Positions 56,540 to 64,000 of a DNA stretch of 64,000 bases are shown one piece after another. Source of the stretch: Eledone cirrhosa (lineage: Eukaryota). The stretch is from assembly GCA_964016885.1 (NCBI GenBank), contig OZ024740.1, forward strand, positions 278,070,001 to 278,134,000, given 5' to 3'. The translations under genes were made by a program, and so were the position numbers. The notes beneath the pieces were generated by a model. That model saw only the letters and a program-made list of their open reading frames with translations. It had not been told where the DNA came from and searched no databases. Position 1 is the first letter of the stretch; each line of letters opens with the position of its first letter.

Positions 56540-57850
56540 AAACCTGTTTAAAAATTTCAACTATAGCAGCAGGTTCTTTAATGCAACATATTGCCTATCA
56601 ATAATCTGCTTCTGCTGCCCAGCCTCCATTCTTTACTCTAACTTCCTATCTGGATTTCAGCCACAAACACTTCTAGTTATTAATGCTCAAATTTTTCCAT
56701 ATAACACTCCTTGATGTACGTCTGTTCGTTTAACAACTTTCCAAATTCCTTTTAACATTCTTGGACCACCAATAACTCTTCGACCATATCACCCACTCCA
56801 TTGAGGATATTTAGCATACAGTATCTTTCGCCGAACACGTGATTGCAAGTTACTTAACCTCACGTCTAAGCCTAGAGATTCATTCTAATACAAGTGATCT
56901 ATTTATCAATTTTGTTAGTAGAACATGTAAAACTGATGCTGGCAAAACTTAAACTCAGAATATATAATATCAAAGATAAAATACCCGAATTTAGTCATAC
57001 TTATTAATGTATTCTCTTTTATTATTTCCCAGAACCCCTTTCTGTTCTACCTAGATTCTGGTGTTTCTTCTAAAAGGTTCATCGTGTTCAACAGCTGTGT
57101 ATAATTTGATACACATTAATATTTCTATATGAAAATAATGGTTTCTTATAGAGGCACAAGGCCAGCAATTTTGGGGGAGGGGAAAGTCGATTAAATCGAC
57201 TCCAGTGCGTGCCTGGTAGTTTATTTTATAGACCCTGTAAGGATGTTATAGACACATGAAAGGCAAAGCTAACCTCAGCGGGATTTTAACTCAGAACGTA
57301 AACGGCCTTAACTCTATGTCGCTAAGCAAAGAATTATAGAAATAACCAGCAATATCTTGATATGTTCAACTCAACTTTATTGGCAGTCTCCAAATTTTAA
57401 TCTAGACATTCTAATATTCAATTCCGTGAAAAGTGATTTATTCCAATTTCTTCTAGAAACATATGTAACTGGCAAATTTCTTCCAGATAAAAATAGATTG
57501 AAATGTCTTTAACAAGTTAATCTTCTATGAATTCCGCAAGTGTTCATCGACAAAATCCCATCTATCATTTACTGCTGCACAATTCAATATGATTAAACCT
57601 ATGCCTGCAGTGTATGACATATTTGACTTAGCTGTATCTGCTGCAAGCTTCCTAAGTCGTCAGTATCTGTTTCAAATAGTTCCTTTATCCCCGATAACCA
57701 AAAGCGCTTTACAGTCTTCAGTTGCTTAATATCTTTGGCATAGACATTTGTACTCTGCAGTCTGGCATCATTGTAGGGCCAGACTTAAAACTTTGAAACA
57801 TCACAAAATATTGACCAACCCCGTCTTTGATATTATTCTTACAAAACTCA
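56540..57850 (-). pseudogene. Possible very old RTE-like LINE ORF remnants
   Basis: Scattered minus-strand words (WPYND...KDIKQLK, KEFGKLLNE, MEAG.AAEAD) weakly resemble the RTE EN-RT linker; interrupted by a SINE. Confidence 0.25.
57140..57330 (-). mobile_element. SINE family A, long-tail variant
   Basis: Match with a small internal insertion. Confidence 0.75.
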
Positions 57851-57989
57851 AATATAACTGTGACTAAGAGTAATATATGTGCCGGCGGATGATGGCTACT
57901 GCGTTGTGACGTATGCACGTAGCTCATTGCATTTCGTTTGGTATCTACTGATTATTCTATGTTTTATCGTAGGAAAATTATATATAAGA

Positions 57990-60900
57990 AACAAATCTTT
58001 ATTTTATTTTACATAAACTTTTAATATTAGAACGTTTATTTTCAATATAGAAATAATAAAAAAGGGAAAACAAAAGGAAAGAAAGGACAGGGAAATATAG
58101 AAAAAAAGAGAGAAAGAAAGAAGAAAAGGTGCGAGAGGGGGAGGTAATGGCAAGAGATCTGGTGTAGCAGAAGAGAGGGGAGGGGTGAAGGGAGAGGGGA
58201 TTGGGCTTTGGGCCTAGGGCAAGAGGGCAGAAGTGCTACGCCCCGCTGACAAGAGCATTCCAGCGAACGATAGTCAGTGATACCCGCCACAACAGCCACC
58301 CAACCTCTCAGGGCTTATTTTATGTTCTTCTGCGAGGCGGGCTGCGAGGCGAGCTGTAATGCCGGGGTTTGTGGCCGAAGCGACTAACTTGGTGGCGAAG
58401 AACGTCACAGCAGGTGGTGTCATAGATGAGGGATCTAGCTCCTTCGATCGAATGGGAAGAGGGTGATACCATTGGGGGCTTGCCCTCTACGCGGTCTAGG
58501 GATGCTGGCTCCAGTTGAGATGGAAAGCCACGGCGTCCAGGCTTCTTCTGAATATGTCGTTGAGAGTGGCGTGTCGGAGGAAACGGCCTGCCGCTCTTGC
58601 GACATGACGAGGGTGCAGGCCGACCTTGTCAACAACTATACCGCAGCGGCATTTATGTGGCCCACACACCCTGAGGCCAAAGCATTGGCTACTCCGATGC
58701 GAGTGCACTCATTATCAAGGGTACCGGTTGATGAGGGGGCACCGAATTGAGCAATGCGCCGCTGAGAAGCGGAGTGGAGGCAGGCGGGGCGGTGTAGATT
58801 CAAGTCAGACGCGATTCGGCTGACAGGATCTGCAATTGATGTCGTCCCTGTTACGTTTGACCGTGGTATACTGGGGGATAGAGAGGCCTTCGCACGTCCA
58901 GTAAGTCAGAGCCTGTTCTATCTCAGGGGCCAGGTAAGATTTGGCCGTCTGGCTGAGAAACTCGCTGACGAGAGCGTGACAGGAGGAGATAGAGGATAGG
59001 TAGGCAGGTAAAGCTAGGTCCAAAGCTGATCGGAGGCCGATGCCACCGAACCTCGCTGGGAGTGTCACCTGTTGCCAGCCTGCGCTATCGAAACTAACAT
59101 TGCAGAGGAGTTCTGCACAGCGCCGAATGGTGGCGTCAAATTCCCCAAGAAGATCTGCGTGTGGATGGCAAGGTGCACCGCGCAGCGTGAATGTGAGTTT
59201 AGGAAGGGCGAAACAGTTCCTCAAGAGGAAGAGCTCGGGGTGAGCATCAATGAGTCGCAGCCTTTCTGCTAATAGGGACAAATGCGCGTGCTTGGAGACC
59301 AAGCACGCGCATTTGTCGGAAGAATGGGGGAGCCTAGAATGCATGCGGTGTCCTTGGGGGTCAGCCGAGCACCGGCCAGAAAGGGTTAGGAGCAGAGTAC
59401 GGCGTTGCGGAATTCAGCCTCTCCGTAGCTGATGTTGATCACCTCAGACTTGGTTGGGTTGATCTTAAGTCCAAGATGCTTTAAGAGCTGGGATAATTTG
59501 TCGAAGGTTCAAACGACCGTCTCAGCTGGACTACCCATGGTTGCGTCATCGAGGTACCAGACCGACCGGGTTACCTCGTCGACTGCCAGCGCGACCGGAC
59601 CGACCGGGTTACCTCGTCGACTGCCAGCGCGAATAGGATCGAGCCGAGTGGGTCCCCCTGCTGGACACCTGTGGCGGAAGTAATCCTGTTGTCGGTGATC
59701 ATGAGTGAGCTGGGTATTCCGTACGAAAGGTGAACGAGGGGGTATATGGAGGGGGCTCGTCTGAGACCTGTCTCTAGGATATAATCCTGTCTAACGTTGT
59801 TCAAGGCGTTAGTCATGTCCAGCTTTACGAGGAGGTCGGGTGACGAGCGAGGTGGGCCGCATGAGCTATGGCCTCACTATTGTACTTGATTCCAACTCCG
59901 AGCTTGACACGGCTCAGGCCGTCTTTGACTGACTCACAAGCTATCTTGGTTGCAAGAAGTCGTCGGAAGAGGTTACGCACCGCCATGGGGCGGACGCCTC
60001 CATCATTCTTCCTCAGAGCGATCAAGCTGGCTGAGTAGGAAAGATCGCTGGCATGGCTGAGGGGGAGACAGTTTGTGAGAGCTGTCAATGACTGGAGCAG
60101 TCGGACCCCTGCTTCTGCCGCGTGAGACGAGGTGAGGGCTCGGAGGTGACTGGGGTGCAAGCCGTCTACTCCATCACTGCTACTACCAGGAAAAGATCTT
60201 AGAGCGGCTAACATGTCCTCGCTGGACGCTACCGGGGATAGATTGCTGGTCGGGGCTGGAGCGTCCCTGATGTTGGCAGGAGTGTCCGGGTGTTTGGGGC
60301 GGAGCGCTAACGGCACATCCGGTGTTGGTGGCAGTAGAGCGTCGCTTGAGGCCAGCACACGAACAGTCGCCGAAACGTCGCCCTCAATTAGTTTGCGGTT
60401 GACTCTGTCCCGGAGACGTTTCGTGCAGTCGTGGGTGGACTGGGGGCATTGTGCTGGCACTGGTGGGCAGCACGAGAATGCCGTGAGGCTCGCAGGCGAA
60501 GGGTCGCAGAAAGAGGTGACATTGCCCTTGAGTCGCGATGCCAGGGATGAGCCAGATCTGTCTCTCGCCGTCGGGTTCCCCAGCAACGGGTCTCCGAGTA
60601 TGAGAGTAGCAAAACTGAACAGTCTAGCCCATCTGATCGATTTAAGTCGCTAGCGCTTCAGCCACGGGAATGCGGGAAGACCTGGGTATCCTGGTGATGA
60701 CTCTCCGCGACTACCTGAGGTGGGATATCGCCACCAGACACTCGTCCAAGTCGAGCGGGTACAGTTCCCCGTTGGGTCGGGTGCCCGTGACCACTTGTGG
60801 TGTCGGGGTGGATAAGCATTATGGGCAGTGCACCGGTACAAGGAGTCCGACACGCGTCTTGTGAGTTTGACGCAGTTCCTTCCTCTTTTGCGCCTGTTGC

Positions 60901-61200
60901 ACGTGGCGCACGTGTGGCACCGGTCAACCACCCGTGGGGTGGAAGGTTGAGGATAGGCGGGCATTGCGTTCAGGGGTGCGGAAGGTCAGATCTTCCGCCA
61001 TATGGGTAAGGAGAAAAGATAGGTGGACCGCACGTAATAGGAGGTTGGGTGCGAGCTAGACCGAGTGAATTGTAAACTGTGCCTCGGGGTGAGGGCACGC
61101 ATGGTGTTGAGACGAGTGCCGTGTGTGTCTGGGCACCCCAAGCAGCAAGTTCGATAACACTGAAGAAGGGGGGGGGGGGAGAAAAGAGAAGAAAAAAAGA
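57990..61200 (-). mobile_element. Decayed CRE-clade non-LTR retrotransposon (RT plus restriction-like endonuclease)
   Basis: GC-rich island; frameshifted LRPKHP, ALRSFPGSSSDGVDGL, LIALRKNDGGVRPMAV..FRRL, DMTNALN, GVQQGDPLGSILFAL, WYLDD, LPARFGGIGL, CRCG...H...RH, PNGITLFP, WLLWRVSLTIVRWNA. Confidence 0.88.
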
Positions 61201-62262
61201 TTTTTTTTTCAGAGCAGTGGGTCACAAAGACGAATAAGAAAGGAGGTCGAAAATTGAAGAAGGAGCCCTAATGAAGAAGTGCCGAGATAGATGCCGTGTG
61301 TGCATGCAAGCATTCAAAACGGCAAATTCGATAAAAGGTCAAAGTTGAAGTCGAAAGTTGCTAAAGCACTGAAGAGAGGAAGCTGAAACTGGAGAGTTCC
61401 AAGAAGTGTCAGAGATTGTGGAGGAAAAAGAAACAAGTATGTGTTGCGTTCTCGATACACGTGTCACGCACGATCACGAATGAAATGTCAAATCAAAAGT
61501 TCGTTCACTCAATCCCGGAACATATTTCCCTTCGGAATTCACCCCCGTTTAGTATAGGTTTGGCACCGAACTGGGTCCCGAAGCAGTCGATAAAAGAGTC
61601 CTTCTTCAATACAGGATGTTGTGATGTGACCTGAAGAGATTTGACCGCCACCTCCAGCAGGTCAAGCATCCGCATAGAGGCCCTTACACCCTCGCTTGAC
61701 ACAAACACAATTGTTATAGAGATTAAGCATAAGATCCGTATACTAATGATTTCTTATTAGTAGTGGCAGTAGTAGTTGGATTATCGTGTGGTGACTGCTG
61801 GTATGATGATGGTGTATAGTATACACATATATGTTTTTGTTGTTGGTGACACACTGTTGCTGTCGTTGATAATTGTTACTGGTACTTATTTCGGCTGTCA
61901 AGCTGGCTGCTGAATCAACTTTTGTGAGTGAAGCTCCTAAGGCGTTCTTTGACCGAAGATGCGGGCTTTCGGCATTTTGAAATTTTGTGAAATTCTAATA
62001 CATTTTACACAACTTATTTCTTCTAAGAAACGACTTGCACCATACATTATAATTTGTATCATTTCGAAACACAGCGTTATATAAATATTCTCTCTTTTTT
62101 TTCTTCTCTCTTTCTAATCCAATTCGAATAATTATTTGGCGGTGAATTGATGGTCGGTTTTGTTTTTGTTTCCTTTTATTTTTTCTTTCTCTCGCTCTTC
62201 TCGTATATTTTGGTGCGTTACATTTGTGAGATTCCGATCAATAGTTAATTGTATTTATTATT

Positions 62263-62448
62263 TGTGGATTGGCAGTATCGGTAGAGGATCGGACGCCATG
62301 CTTTCCAGCATAGTTACGTCCCTTTACGATCTGCGTTCAAATCCCGCCGAGGTTGACTTTGCCTTTCATCCTTACGGGGTCGATAAAATAAAGTAGCAGT
62401 AATGCACTGGGTAATTGCTGGCCTTGTGCCTAAAGTAGAAACAATTAT
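62263..62448 (+). mobile_element. SINE family A
   Basis: Near-full-length match. Confidence 0.85.
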
Positions 62449-63132
62449 TTGTTGTCATATTTCCATCATAACAACACATTCAGCTTCCCAGCATCTTGTA
62501 TTAAACTGCGAATTAATGCCGCGAATATTTGGAACGAAAGAATATTTGACTATTGAGTATTCAGAAAATCCAAGAGTAAAATCACCAATGTAGAGTAGAC
62601 AAATCTTAAATAGAGCTTGGAGCAGATGTTACGTTAAGAGAACATTCGGACAGAATAGATTTGGATAGAATCTAGTGGATTTAAGAATATGTTAGAACTG
62701 ATGAAGTAACGTGGTAAATGTTTAAGATAAACATCCATTATAGACTAACCTTAATCTTTTTAACTCAAGAGGACTGGGATCTGATGGAAGCAAATTTCCT
62801 TCATCGATGTCAAGTTCAACATCTTTTTGGACTTCAATAATTTTTTCTGCTTCATTTCCGTTTTTCTTTCTTTTCTTTAACCTTCATATTAGATTATTAG
62901 ATTATATGTTGTCTTTTTTTTTTCACCTGGACTGTATACTTATCTGTGTTATATCTATGTTACCATGTGAATCATCATAACTATAATGTAATTTCCCTCG
63001 TTAGACTCTATTCTTTTTATTCTTGGTGGTAGTAACACGTGGTTGTGTGTGTTGCTGCTGACTCCTGCAGATCCCCAAGGAAACACGTCCACACAGTTCA
63101 GCTGTTCTGGAGAATTGAAATCTATCTATTTA

Positions 63133-64000
63133 TCTATATACTACTAAAACTCTGATCTTGCGTGCTTGCTTGCGTGCTTGCTTGTCTGTTATGTAATAGA
63201 GCCAAAAGGGCGTATAATTGGTAAATACTTTGAAAGCAAGTTGCCTCTGAAATGGGAATACAAATTGAATAAAACAAGTTTCGCGAAAATGTGACCCCGG
63301 GTTCCCGAGATTCGCGGGGTTTGGGGGTAAATCGTAAATAGCCACAACGGTGCATACTGGGAAAATACCTCGAAATTAACATAACCCTGTAAAACTTCGT
63401 AAATAACCAAAACATTGCATAATGAGAAAATACTCTGAATAAAACAAGTTTGGCGTAAATCGCACATGGACAATATTTTCAATTTTCCAAAAATAGCAAG
63501 GAATTCATCTAAATTCAATTTATCTTATTTTATAATGAATATCGAAAGAAATAATCCGTTTGTTTTTTGGTTGTCCATTCTGTAGGTAAGAGAGACAGAG
63601 AGGGGGTGAGAGAGAGAGAAAGAGAGAGTGAGGGTGAGAGAGAGAAAGAGAGAGAGTGAGGGGATGAGAGACAGCGTCCTTAACTTTTATTTATTTTAAC
63701 TCTCTCCCCTATCCATAACGTTATTTCTTTCTCTCTCTTTCACAGTTCTACTGCCACCGTGTGTATCTGTATGTGTATGTGTGCCAGTGCATGTGTTTAC
63801 GTACTTAGAGACATGTTTGTGTAACAGTACTTAAGTTAGAGACATATATATATATATATTTGTGTGTGTGTGTGTGTGTGTGTAGGATAACTTCGTAAAT
63901 AGCCCAAACGGTGCATAATGGAAAAATAGCCCTGTAAGTGATATAACCCTGAAATTGGGATAAAACAAGTTTGACGTAAATCGACATAACCTATTTTCAT
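63133..64000 (+). mobile_element. Helitron-like element, 5' part (runs off the window)
   Basis: A|TCTATATACTACTAAAA start, (gctt)n tract, internal ~60 bp subrepeats (cgtaaatagcc..aacggtgcata..ggaaaata; ataaaacaagttt); 3' CTAG end not visible. Confidence 0.6.

Noticed and set aside
61560-61710. Possible HDV-like ribozyme at the 5' end of the CRE element (gtcaagc/gcttgac stem on the minus strand)
   Set aside because: Could not build P1.1, P2 and J4/2 of the nested double pseudoknot by eye

Overview
AT-rich, microsatellite-saturated eukaryotic DNA. It is probably cephalopod (octopus-like), judged only from SINEs resembling Octopus tRNA-derived families (inference). I could not support any intact host gene, rRNA, tRNA or CRISPR array; most listed ORFs are translations of (TA)n/(CA)n tracts. 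The window is a transposon graveyard. It holds several Penelope-like elements (PLEs: RT plus GIY-YIG, mostly with an inverted upstream terminal repeat), a decayed CRE-clade retrotransposon plus two CRE 3' remnants, an internally deleted RTE LINE, about 18 SINE copies, two Helitron-like elements, MITEs, a ~4-5.6 kb segmental duplication and several fold-back palindromes. The strongest hidden signal is about 30 type I hammerhead-ribozyme (HHR)-like motifs, found by eye on both strands between 4.8 and 49.5 kb. They sit in PLE terminal repeats and in small non-coding, (TA)n-embedded cassettes, one of them retrozyme-like. They include recurrent core variants (U3-A8, U4C, GCAA), very long or absent stem II, and a shared downstream TATYGAGTRC-like motif. 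All folds and coordinates were derived manually; boundaries are approximate.
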